Shown here in pieces: positions 37,801 through 47,900 of a stretch of DNA of 64,000 bases. The stretch's first letter is position 1. The number at the start of each line of letters is the position of its first letter. A model generated the notes under the pieces. It saw only the letters and a program-made list of their open reading frames with translations, was not told the DNA's origin and ran no database searches. Made by a program: the position numbers and the translations under genes. This DNA is from Promethearchaeota archaeon (GTDB taxonomy: Archaea > Asgardarchaeota > Lokiarchaeia > Sigyniarchaeales > SOKP01): contig JBHLNZ010000003.1 of the NCBI GenBank assembly GCA_048941015.1, positions 60,797-124,796 on the forward strand, in the 5' to 3' direction.

Positions 37801-38226
37801 ATAAATCAATCTCTTATTCCCTTTGAAAAATTATTAAAAAATCTAAATAGTGAGGATCCAAAAATTAGAGAAGGATCAGCTAATCTCTTAAAAATTTATG
37901 ATTTTGAGACTATTGATAGTAATTTTAATTATATTAATTCTCTTTTAGGAGATGACTCTGAAGACGTTAGAGTTGCAATAGTTGATGCTATGGTTGAGAT
38001 TATTCAAAAAATTGGTCTATCAAAAATTCTTTCTAGATTATTAAAAAATTTAAGTGATGAGGGATCATTAATTACTCAACAATCAATCGCATTGATTTTG
38101 GGAAGGACTGCGAGATATGAAGAAGAAAATATTAAAAAACGAGTTATTGCTTTATTAAAAGTACGATGTGAAATGTCTCAGGACCCAATTATTTGTAAAA
38201 CTCTAACAAAATTAAAAGAGAGTTAA
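34870..38226 (+). CDS. Multi-pass membrane protein with C-terminal HEAT-repeat solenoid
   Basis: About 9 hydrophobic helices in the first ~360 aa, then repeated L.D....VR..A...L motifs. Confidence 0.8.
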   Translation: MDYLIAELILLIFFFIFFLFGFWIIYRQVALVKKGEFNIKDRLQCLIYGFIFSSAVMIVIAMGFIFTVKTPEFWENSSIIPQDINPLAILLPFFICILYISFYPLIDFLFIAFSAEQNEGLTPFHIFLSKNLINVSHNKLISILIAICLYLLFIIPPFIFSILGLPFIMIWITWMLFYPLMILTFYGSKGYIAGITNIYYHIPDITRSSFLNFEDSKRGMKQFFSNPTPYILFGLMLFVFVWAWISLFQTIGFYFTGSLAISTMSSVFVFVTLFFGVIGYFTRFWGRKIKYRGIDIYFAAYLMAAIGINVLVNFLIVNSDKLFDTFDAWIITKDIVPNSILYSWAAVIEEIVMIIFTSYFFLSKKNNFTQNLKYSLITQSGQTFDPVPLFNLIKNRNFELRKQAEESLNLMFERIPLKSELSINDWRFKNLLIDGLSDPDPNSRRICLKILNRLESDNQEKILPWIKETLESPNYDKVIPVATSLLTAKKSFIEKIPKDLIFNLLYDSEWRLKLIGFKLFSYLVKNDKNLIDKLKVNNLINDPNYKIQVGLLNLFSECSIPIPINILINKLYHSNKDVRAAAIKNIKNVHSQDINEEFIKKIISFIEDPNSSVRASVFEVFAKIGNFKKFSIPISPILDGLIDSDENVRNSSILALEKFYEEEPKALNIDDIINRVDTNNADLLNSILTLLGKIWKKNPEKILTVLLIFIKFENTELKQKISSILIEKFKTYPDLIFKNLIKVKDESRIISKGVISNTIIKIADEYPELTIPKLMESLNSDNEEIILNALNSLENLIERIADKIDIKILLSLLSKDFDLNIKKQNSQLISKIAKNKPLMLEPVLEELIKLIDDQELSVKIILVKSLLEISMHYPNLLPINYIMEKLSDEDSFIREASTKILGNIGGKSPSEIIDALINKSLIDKEWIVRDAAVSSLGKVIENAANKQNIIEKLILLLDDQKSWVRRSSMKLLSSIKGINQSLIPFEKLLKNLNSEDPKIREGSANLLKIYDFETIDSNFNYINSLLGDDSEDVRVAIVDAMVEIIQKIGLSKILSRLLKNLSDEGSLITQQSIALILGRTARYEEENIKKRVIALLKVRCEMSQDPIICKTLTKLKES

Positions 38227-38406
38227 TTATAATTACTTTATCACCTAAAAATCAGAGAGACATATCACTAAACCATTTCTCTCTTCTTATTTTTTTCATT
38301 ATTTACTTTATTTACACTTTAATAAATTTAAACCATTAATATAACAATTTAAAATATCATAAAAATTAATTTTGGTATATTAAAGAAATTTTCAAGGTTA
38401 TAATAC

Positions 38407-40533
38407 TTGACAACCCCCTTTTCTAGTCCAACTGTTCCAATACATAAAGTTCAAAGATTTGAAGATTTTTATAGGCTATTTGAAGATAAACCAGGAATAT
38501 ATAAATATCAAGATCAAATAAATGATATTTTTTCTAAAGGTGGAAATACCTTAATAATATTTTATGAAGATTTATTAGCCTTTGATTCGCAAATAGCCGA
38601 AATGTTAAAAAAAGACCCTGAATCTCTCATAGAAGATGCAATTGAAGCCTTTAAAAATGTTCTTAAATTTCAGGCAGGAAAATTATCTGATCAACAATAT
38701 TTTGTAAGAATAACAACTAAAGATGAGAAGAGCCCATTAGGTATCCCATTAAGAAGATTAAGAGCAAAAAACATTGATAATTTAGTTTGGACTAAAGGGA
38801 TATTAGTAAGAAGTTCAGCAATTAGACCAAAACTAATCAAAGCTACTTTCGAATGTAGTGTATGTGGTGCTCAATTTGAAATTATCCAACTTACATCAAA
38901 AATAAAGTGGCCAAAGTTTTGTAGTAATAAACGGTGCAAAGCAAAAACCCAATCTGATTTTAGACTTATTTCAAGAAGTTCCGAATTTATAGACTGGCAA
39001 AGTGTAATGATTCAAGAAATACCGGAAGATTTACCACCAGGTAGAATACCGAGATCAATTCAAGCTATTTTAACTTATGATTTAGTAGATTCTGTAAAAC
39101 CCGGTGATAGAATAAAAGTAATGGGGATTTTTCGATCAGTTTTAGCTCAATCTACTAAAAGTATTAATAGTACCCTTTTTAAAACCTTTATAGATGTTAA
39201 TTTTATAGATCCAGAGGATAAAGGAGAAGATTTAATAGATCTTTCAAAAGAAGAGAGGAAATTGATTGAAGATTTATCAAAAGAACCGTTGATTCAAAGA
39301 AAAATAGCAAGATCAATTGCCCCCACTATTTATGGAAGAGAAGACCTTAAGTTAGCTTGCGCTTTAACTCTATTCGCAGGTACTAGAAAAAAGAAACCCG
39401 GAGGAGGGTATAAAAGAGGAGATATTCACATTTTATTTGTGGGAGACCCCGGAACAGGAAAATCAGAGATTTTAAAAAGTGCCATAGATGTATCTCCAAG
39501 AGGTTTATATACCTCTGGTAAGGGATCTACTGCAGTTGGTCTAACAGCTGCAGTTATTAAAGATAGTGATACAGGACAAATGAACCTTGAAGCTGGTGCT
39601 GTTGTATTAGCTAATGGAGGCGTTGCTGCAATTGATGAATTTGACAAGATGGACCCCGCTGATAGGTCTGCTTTGCATGAAGCGATGGAGCAACAGACTG
39701 TAAGTATAGCTAAAGCAGGTATCGTAGCTACATTAAAAGCACAAACTGCTATTATTGCTGCTGCCAATCCAAAATCTGGAAGATATGATCGCTATAAGAC
39801 TCCTACCCAAAATATTAATCTACCTCCTTCACTTCTTTCTAGATTTGATCTGATTTTTGTTGTTGTAGATAGACCAGATCCTGCAGATGATGCTCAAATG
39901 GCAGAATTTATTTTAAAAAATTCTATGATTGAAAGTGAAGAAGAATTAGAAGGAGTTTCTGATGAAATAGCGCCAATTTCAGGAGATCTCTTAAAAAAAT
40001 ATATAAAACATGCTCGAAGAACTTGTAATCCTATCTTGAGTGAAGAAGCTAAAGAAAGAATCAAGGAATTTTATTTAGAATTAAGGGGACAATATGAAAG
40101 TGAAGATGCCATAATTTCAATTTTAGCACGAAACCTTGATGCTCTAGTTCGATTAAGTGAAGCATATGCTAAAATGGCTTTAAGAGATAAAGTAAATAAA
40201 AAAGATGTTGAAAATATTATAAAACTGTTTAGAAGATATCTTAAAGATACTGGTTATGATGAAACCACTGGGAAAATAGATATGGATAGGATTCTGGTAG
40301 GGCAATCAAGGAGCACTATTAGTAAATTAGATAAATTATTAAATAGATTAAAAGAAATATTTGAACAAAACAATTGGAAGGCCTTAGAAAAGAAAAATTT
40401 AATTCAAATTCTCGAATTAGAAGAGGAATTAGATGAAAAATGGATCAAAGATGCACTTCAGGAATTAATAAAAGAAGGCACATTATATGAGCCAAAACAT
40501 AATTTAATAAAGTTTACTAATAGGGAAGACTAA
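38407..40533 (+). CDS. mcm: Replicative helicase MCM
   Basis: Zn finger, GDPGTGKS, LEAGAVVLA..G.AAIDEFDKM, LHEAMEQQTVSIAKAG, LLSRFD. Confidence 0.97.
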   Translation: MTTPFSSPTVPIHKVQRFEDFYRLFEDKPGIYKYQDQINDIFSKGGNTLIIFYEDLLAFDSQIAEMLKKDPESLIEDAIEAFKNVLKFQAGKLSDQQYFVRITTKDEKSPLGIPLRRLRAKNIDNLVWTKGILVRSSAIRPKLIKATFECSVCGAQFEIIQLTSKIKWPKFCSNKRCKAKTQSDFRLISRSSEFIDWQSVMIQEIPEDLPPGRIPRSIQAILTYDLVDSVKPGDRIKVMGIFRSVLAQSTKSINSTLFKTFIDVNFIDPEDKGEDLIDLSKEERKLIEDLSKEPLIQRKIARSIAPTIYGREDLKLACALTLFAGTRKKKPGGGYKRGDIHILFVGDPGTGKSEILKSAIDVSPRGLYTSGKGSTAVGLTAAVIKDSDTGQMNLEAGAVVLANGGVAAIDEFDKMDPADRSALHEAMEQQTVSIAKAGIVATLKAQTAIIAAANPKSGRYDRYKTPTQNINLPPSLLSRFDLIFVVVDRPDPADDAQMAEFILKNSMIESEEELEGVSDEIAPISGDLLKKYIKHARRTCNPILSEEAKERIKEFYLELRGQYESEDAIISILARNLDALVRLSEAYAKMALRDKVNKKDVENIIKLFRRYLKDTGYDETTGKIDMDRILVGQSRSTISKLDKLLNRLKEIFEQNNWKALEKKNLIQILELEEELDEKWIKDALQELIKEGTLYEPKHNLIKFTNRED

Positions 40534-40584
40534 TTTTCTAAATTATTTATTTCCTATAAAATAAAAATGAATTAAATCAAGCTA

Positions 40585-40990
40585 TTAGTCTTTATAATAA
40601 TTAATAGTAATTTTAGGCTTTTCTGCTTTCCCTTTAATAACTATTCCATCATAACCAGCTTTTTTTTAATTCTGGACCAAAAAAACCTCCTGCATTAGCT
40701 TCCCCCCATAAACCAGTATATGGTGATTTAGAACAAATAACCAACCTTGAAGATGAAGGAGCACCAGTTAAGCATAGTGGATCAGTCATTATAAACAATA
40801 CATTTTCAGAGCTAAGAGGATTAGTATACTTATTAATATAATCAATTAGATATCTGCAAGCATAACCAACTCCACCGAGAAAAAGATTTCCAACATCTGG
40901 TGCCACTTTTTCTATGGATATAGAACTATGTGTTAAATCAATCTTAAGTAGCTTGCCTATAAATCCGAAATAGGAATCATCACTATCCAT
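40585..40990 (-). pseudogene. Truncated, frameshifted aldehyde:ferredoxin oxidoreductase
   Basis: GK.L.IDL, KSP.TG..GEANAGG.FGPELKK; after a one-base shift in the A8 run (40660-40667) it reads AGYDGIVIKGKAEKP, then stops. Only about 135 of roughly 600 aa remain. Confidence 0.85.
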
Positions 40991-41121
40991 AATTCTTTAA
41001 TAATTTCCTAATTAAATTTAATTATTATTTAGAAAAAATTGAAAGGTTCAAAAAATTTTATTATTTTTGAAAATACAACAGAAATCAATCAAATTGAATA
41101 AAACTGCGAGATGGATCGATA

Positions 41122-42102
41122 ATTAAAGCAGCTGTATTTGTGGATATAAAGAAAATTGTTTATAAAGAAGATTATCCAAAACCAATACCTGGTCCTGATG
41201 ACGTTATTGTTAAAACAGAATATTGTGGTATATGTGGAAGTGATATCACTAACTTTAAATTTAAAATGTACCAAGTTCCTTTAATAATGGGCCATGAATT
41301 TACGGGTGAGGTTGTTCAAATAGGAAAAGAGGTCACAGGGGTAAAAATTGGAGAAAAAGTCTGCGGTATTAATGTTTCACTCGATTTAAGTCAAGGTGAA
41401 TTAAGTGGATTAGGAATCTTTGAAGACGGGGGATTTGCAGAGTATGTTAAAGTCCCTACAAAATATCTCTTTCGTATCCCTCAAGGAACTACAACGAAAG
41501 AAGCAGTAATGATTGAATCATTTGCTAATGCTGCGAGAGGTACACGGTTATCTAACATTGGAAATAACCAAAAAATAGTAATCATAGGTGCGGGAAATAT
41601 TGGTTTATGTTTTTTAAAATACCTTTTAAGTGAAAGAAAGCCAAAATATATAGCTATTATAGAGCCACATTCTTTTTTAAGAGATAAAGCAAAAGAATTT
41701 GGAGCATCTGAAGCTTTTCCTCCAATTATGTCAAGAATGAAAAAATTCTTTAAAGAAAATGGAACACCAGATTATGTTTTTGATTGTGCAGGTAATGAAA
41801 AAACCCTAAAAATGGCTTTGGATCTAGTAAAAAAAGGAGGGACGATACTTCTGGAAGGAGTATATAAGGGGAACGTTACGATTCCAATGTTCCTCATCAA
41901 TTCCAAAGAAGTCTGCATAAAGGGTGTTCTTGGACATGATCGTGAAGATATTTTTAATTCTATAAACTTCTTTGCTCAAAAGAAAGTTGATGCTGGTGAA
42001 TTTATAACTAAGATTGTTCAGTTGGAAAAAACCCAAGAAGCATTTGAAAAGTTTACGAATCAAGAGGACAGAAATTTTATTAAAATGGTAATTAAATTTT
42101 AA
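41122..42102 (+). CDS. Zn-dependent alcohol/threonine dehydrogenase (MDR family)
   Basis: CGICGSD, GHEFTG, IIGAGNIG. The family N-terminus (M)KAAVF begins at ATT 41122; the ORF track uses GTG 41140. Confidence 0.88.
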   Translation: MKAAVFVDIKKIVYKEDYPKPIPGPDDVIVKTEYCGICGSDITNFKFKMYQVPLIMGHEFTGEVVQIGKEVTGVKIGEKVCGINVSLDLSQGELSGLGIFEDGGFAEYVKVPTKYLFRIPQGTTTKEAVMIESFANAARGTRLSNIGNNQKIVIIGAGNIGLCFLKYLLSERKPKYIAIIEPHSFLRDKAKEFGASEAFPPIMSRMKKFFKENGTPDYVFDCAGNEKTLKMALDLVKKGGTILLEGVYKGNVTIPMFLINSKEVCIKGVLGHDREDIFNSINFFAQKKVDAGEFITKIVQLEKTQEAFEKFTNQEDRNFIKMVIKF

Positions 42103-42124
42103 TGTTAATAAAAAATTGAAAATT

Positions 42125-42637
42125 TTAACCATAATCTTTTAAAGCATAATTAGAGATTAACTCAAAAGATTTTTCGACATTTTCACCATTCTTAGCTGAG
42201 GTAAATAATGTCTTTTTTACTTCTAAACCTTTACCGATCTCCTTAATCTCCGATTCATGGATTTCGTAATTCAAATCGTTCTTATTAGCAATTAAAATTT
42301 TTGGTATATTTGTACAATGGCTTAATAAATCAGGATTCCAAAATTTTTGTATCTGATCAAAAGTGTTTCTTCTAGTTAAATCTCCTACAATAAGCACTCC
42401 ATGAGCGCCTCTGTAATATAGACGCCTCATATTTATCCATCGTTCTTGACCTGCTATATCCCATATATAAACTACAACTGATTTATCTTTATTTAAATTT
42501 AATTTTTTAATAAATATATTTGTTCCAATAGATGCCCTATAATCCTTTGAAAACTGTCCTGAAACGAAATTTTTAACTAAACTGGTCTTACCAACCCCTG
42601 GTTCACCAAGTATTATAATTTTTAATCGGAAAACCAT
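42125..42637 (-). CDS. Rab-like small GTPase
   Basis: GEPGVGKTS, WDIAGQE, YYRGA, NKND, TSAK; no C-terminal prenylation Cys. Confidence 0.93.
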   Translation of the reverse strand: MVFRLKIIILGEPGVGKTSLVKNFVSGQFSKDYRASIGTNIFIKKLNLNKDKSVVVYIWDIAGQERWINMRRLYYRGAHGVLIVGDLTRRNTFDQIQKFWNPDLLSHCTNIPKILIANKNDLNYEIHESEIKEIGKGLEVKKTLFTSAKNGENVEKSFELISNYALKDYG

Positions 42638-42770
42638 AAAAAACCAATCTCTATCAAAGCATCAATATTTTGTTATTTAACTTAATTACATAATAAAAAT
42701 ATATAAATATTATAAGAATTAAAACCTAAAATTAATCAAAAGAACATCTAATTTTTAAGAGGATTTTTTA

Positions 42771-43859
42771 ATGACAACAGGTATTGTTTATGATGAAATT
42801 TATCTCCAGCATAAAATAGGAACTCATGTAGAGTCTCATGAGAGATTAATTGCGATCATGGATTTCTTAAAATCTAGAAAATTATTCGAGAATCCAGATT
42901 TCAAATTAGTCCAACCAAGGAAAGCAACAACTGATCAAATAAAATATGTTCATGAAGAAAGTTTAATTAATGAAGTTAAAGAAGTAAGTGAATTAGCAAA
43001 AGCAACTGGTTATATCCAACATCTTGATATGGATACTGCAGTATCAGCAAAAACTTTTGAGGCGTCTTTATTTAGTGTTGGAGGTAATTTAACTGGGATT
43101 GATGAAATTTTAGAAGGAAAAATCAAAAACGTATTTGCTGCAGTCCGACCACCAGGACATCACTCTAATTCTTATAAATGTGCAGGTTTCTGTATATTTA
43201 ATAATATTGCCATTGCAACAGAGTATCTATTTAGAGAAAAAAATCTAAAGAGAGTTGCTATTATAGATTGGGATTGTCATCATGGAAATGGTACCCAAGA
43301 TATTTTTTATAATGGTTCTGATAATGGAGAAGTTGTTATTTTTAACTCACATCAAGATGGTAGAACACTTTATCCAGGAAGCGGTTATATTGATGAAATC
43401 GGTTCAGGTAAAGGTGAAGGAAAAATAATTAATTTTCCAATGCCTCCTAGAGCCGCAGAAGATATTGTTTTAAAATATTTTGATGAAATTATCTTTCCCA
43501 TTTGTCAAGAACTTAAACCTGAATTTATTCTTATTTCTGCTGGTTTTGACACTCACTGGTCAGACAGATTAACAAATATGGGATGGACATTTCAGGGACC
43601 GGCAACATATTTAAAAAGAATTAAAACTATTGCTGAAAATTACGCCAATAATAGAATTTTGATTACTCTCGAAGGAGGATATGAAATTGATAAACAAGCT
43701 ATAGCAGTATTTAATTGTTTAAAAGTTCTGAATGATGAGTATAATGATTTAATAGAAGAAAAACCAAAAAATTCCGAGAAAGAATTAATTAATTACGTGG
43801 ATGATGTTTTAATCCCAAAATTAAAGAATAACTTAACTTCCTATTGGAATTGCTTTTAG
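42771..43859 (+). CDS. Histone deacetylase-family protein
   Basis: RPPGHH, GFCIFNN, DWDCHHGNGTQ, SAGFD.H, LEGGY. Confidence 0.93.
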   Translation: MTTGIVYDEIYLQHKIGTHVESHERLIAIMDFLKSRKLFENPDFKLVQPRKATTDQIKYVHEESLINEVKEVSELAKATGYIQHLDMDTAVSAKTFEASLFSVGGNLTGIDEILEGKIKNVFAAVRPPGHHSNSYKCAGFCIFNNIAIATEYLFREKNLKRVAIIDWDCHHGNGTQDIFYNGSDNGEVVIFNSHQDGRTLYPGSGYIDEIGSGKGEGKIINFPMPPRAAEDIVLKYFDEIIFPICQELKPEFILISAGFDTHWSDRLTNMGWTFQGPATYLKRIKTIAENYANNRILITLEGGYEIDKQAIAVFNCLKVLNDEYNDLIEEKPKNSEKELINYVDDVLIPKLKNNLTSYWNCF

Positions 43860-43979
43860 AATATAAAACCACATTTAACCGGTTTATCTGCAATTATCCC
43901 ATAGTTTATAAACTTAGTCCACTATTAAAGTTACAAATCAAGACAATTTTTTTATCAAAAAACAAGAGGAATAATAATA

Positions 43980-44792
43980 ATGTCGTATGATTATGAAAGG
44001 GATGACGAAGAAGAGGAAAAACCACCACTTAGACCCCCATCAATGCCTCCGCCCTCAATTCCTCCACGAACACCACCCTTAATGGAAGGAACTCCTATCT
44101 CACAATTCCCAAGTCCTGCTCCAAGCCCCACATATCAACAAGAACCTTCGCAATCAGATTATGATATGATCATGTCCCAGGTTCAAGAAAGAGAAATGAC
44201 TATAAGCCAATTACAAAATCAATACAATCAAGTGAGTGCCCAATTAATTGAAAAAGATAATTACATAAATCAATTAAATGGAAAGATACAAAGTCTTCAG
44301 GGAACATTAGAAAGTTATCAAAATCAGATAAATCAATTAAATAATGAAAAAGCTCAACTGCAAGCTCAGATACCTCAATTACAGGGACAACTTCAACAAA
44401 TCCAACAAGAGAACATGTCCCTTCAAACACAAATTGGACCTCTACAAGCGCAAGTAAACAAATTGCAGGAAGAAATAGTTTATAAGGAACGGCGAATCCA
44501 AGAATTAAAAGAACCTAAAGCTGTCATGCCTTCGAGTTTAGCACAAGGAATTACTTCACAAGTCTCAAACATCAGTAGCACTCCTACATATGGGCCTTCT
44601 ACAGAAATTCGTTCAGGTCCTACTCCAGATCTGGGACCATCGCTCGGATCTGGGAGAAGAATATGTCCAAATTGTGGAGCAACTGGATTTGCGATAAAGG
44701 AAGTTGAAGATAAAACCAAGATTATCAGCTACATTCCAAAACCTCAATATGCAAAAAAAAATGTCTGTACTAAGTGTGGTTTCGAATTTTAA
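43980..44792 (+). CDS. Proline-rich / Gln-rich coiled-coil / Zn-ribbon protein
   Basis: Poly-Pro N-terminus, heptad Q/L region, C-terminal CPNCG...CTKCG. Confidence 0.8.
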   Translation: MSYDYERDDEEEEKPPLRPPSMPPPSIPPRTPPLMEGTPISQFPSPAPSPTYQQEPSQSDYDMIMSQVQEREMTISQLQNQYNQVSAQLIEKDNYINQLNGKIQSLQGTLESYQNQINQLNNEKAQLQAQIPQLQGQLQQIQQENMSLQTQIGPLQAQVNKLQEEIVYKERRIQELKEPKAVMPSSLAQGITSQVSNISSTPTYGPSTEIRSGPTPDLGPSLGSGRRICPNCGATGFAIKEVEDKTKIISYIPKPQYAKKNVCTKCGFEF

Positions 44793-44976
44793 AATAAAAT
44801 TTTATTTTTCAAATTTTTAACCTTATTTATTTGAAGCTAGTATTTCAATATTCAAATATAATTTATTTTAGAATATTTGATATTGTTAGAAATTAATAGG
44901 AAAATTATATATATCATAATTTTAATTAATATTGCAAATTTATTGAGGTATGATTAAGCAGAAATACTGATCTAAT

Positions 44977-47900
44977 ATGCCAGATTTTCGAGAAGATCTA
45001 CTTGTTTCGACTATTAATAAAAAGAGAGTAATCGGAGTTATACTTATAGGAATTATTTTAATTTCCGTATTCGCTTTTTCTAGCTTTTTATTTAGTTTAA
45101 TTTGGGGAAGTCAAAGGCCAAACCCTAGTGATAGATTAAGTGAAGCGGAAGAAGAAACTGTTATTTTAGATTTACCTCCTTTTCCTTATAATTTATCAGA
45201 CTTTCAAACTCAATTTCCTAATCTTACTCTAGATCAACTGCAAGATCTTTTCGATATGTTTGATGGCGATATTGATGATCTAAATTTAACTAGTTTTTCA
45301 CAAGATATTTTAGCTTTATTAGGTTCTGAAATCGAAGTTTTTAGAATCTATGATTATTATGATTTTAATGATCTTTCTGATAATTTATGGAGATATGAAT
45401 GTTTTGATGAATATGTTGGTGATGGTTGGCAATCAACAGCTGTTACCCAAGATTATAATTTTTACCCTTATTCTGATTATTTTACTTATTATTGGTGGCT
45501 TCAAAAAGTAAGAATTCAAATGCCACTTACACCTTCTTTTGGATTAAATTCAATGGTTATTCCTACTCTCTTTCCTATTCCTTTTATAATGGAAGGAAGT
45601 GTCAATGCGAATAATTTGGACTATAATTCAATAAAAATATTTAAAGATTCATATAATTGTACCACATTAAATCTAAATTTTACTAGTAGTGATGCTGTAA
45701 ATATGTCCTATGAATTATTTGGATTGAATCTACCTTCTGATCAAGAGGTTAATGATTCTGCTTTAGATGAAAATTTAACACCTGATCCAATTAAGAATAA
45801 ATTTTTACAATTTCCTTCATCTAAGCAAATTTACTTAAATTCACATCCCTTTTTTCAAGATCATTATAATATTCTAAATAGTATAATTAATCAAGGAGAT
45901 AATGCTTTTGAAGTAGCAATTAAAATTAAAAATTATCTCCAAGCTAATTTTACAATAGCTATTGATGCATTACAGAATGACCCCCCTGCTAATGGAGAGG
46001 ATGTTGTAGAATGGTTCTGTGAACATAGAGAAGGATTATGGTCTGAATTTGCATCTGCTTTTACTATGTTTTGTAGAGCATTCAATGTTTCAAGTAGATT
46101 TGTTGATGGATTCAACAGTAGAGGGGCAATCGAAGAGTTTGATTCTTTTGGGAGTTATGTAGCTATTAAATACAAAAATATTTATAATTGGGCGGAAATC
46201 TACGTACCTACTGATATTTCGGGTCAAGGAATGTGGGTTCAAATGGATATTACTCCGATATTAGATTTTAATTTGACAGTTTATTCAGATTATCCTTTTT
46301 ATAATAGACCCAGCACTGCCAATTTAACAGCTATCTTAGGTTCTAATGACACCTCCGTAGAAAATCGGAGGATCACCTTCTATGATGAAACAACTCAGAC
46401 ATTTTTAGGAGAAGCACTTACAGACATAAATGGAGTTGCTTCTATTTTAGTAAATATTAACAATTCTCAAGTTGTCGGGCCACATCTTATTACTGCTTCA
46501 TATTTAACAGTTGTCAATGCTACAATGTATACTATTTTAGGAAATGCTGCGTTAAATCTTACTAATCTAATTTCTGCTGGACCTATAGCAAATGAAATTA
46601 ATATTTCACTAAATGATCCATATCCTGATGAAGTATTTGTTCAAGGTTATGTTTATGACCCCCTTAATAATGAAAGAATCACAAATGCAGAAGTTAATTT
46701 CAAATTATTTTTAGATGGAACTAATAATGAAATACTTAATGCATTTTCTCCTCCAAATACATATACTGATAATAATGGCGATTTTAGAGCAAATTTATAT
46801 CTAGATCCCTCTGTTACTAAAGGAAATTATGAAGTAAGAGTTGATTTTAATGGAACTTGGGATATATATGGATTTCCTTTTACATATCCTAATATAAATG
46901 GGTCTAGTAACCGAATGGAATTAGATATAGTTGATGAAACAACTTTCTATTTACTATTTTATATTGATGATATTGAAGCATGGAACTATGAGGCCCCAAG
47001 TATTTCAAGATATTCAACAGTCGAATTGAAAGCAATTGTTCTTAATGAAACTGGAGATCCTGTTCAAGGTCAAGTTGTAGATTTTTATGATCATTCTCAA
47101 AACCTTTACCTTGGTAGTGATGTTACTGATGGGAGTGGAATTGCTAATTATTCTTACTATATAGATAATATAGCAGCAGGTCCGAATTTGGTTTATGCTC
47201 AGTTAGGTAATTTAATAAATTATTCATATTTCATATTAGACGCACCAGTGTCATTTTATATGGATATTTGGCCACAAAATCTTAATATTAGCAGAACAGG
47301 ATCTACAGATAGAACATTTGTAGTTCATGGATTCCTAAATGATATAGAAAACCTTGAAACAGTAAGATTTGCTTACTTCAATATAAATATGTTTGATGGT
47401 CCTATAGATGTTGCACCATCCTATTTAATTTTAGATACTGGTTCCTATCGCACTTCACGTTATGGTGAAATATATGCTGTATTTAGAGTTTCTAGCTCAA
47501 CACCAACTAAAAATTACACTCTCCGAATTACATTTAATGGATATTTTGATTATCCAACTCCTGTTCCTTACTTCTTTAACTTGAGTACATATGTAAATTT
47601 CACAACTACTTCTAATGCGAACTATGAACTAAAAGTATACGATCCTGAGCAAATAGATATAATTTTTAAAATTGAAGGTCAACATTCATTACCATGGTAT
47701 GATAATGGAAATCCTCCAGCTACTTACAATTGGCCAGATATTGCAAATTTTGAAGTTAGGATAAACCAGAGTGGAACTTATGCTCCAGCCGGTTCAATTG
47801 TCTATTTAAGAGATGTTTATACCAATATATTATTAGATTCTTATACTTTTCAAGCTTCTGATAACGGTATTCATTTGTTCACTATTCCCACATCCAGTCT

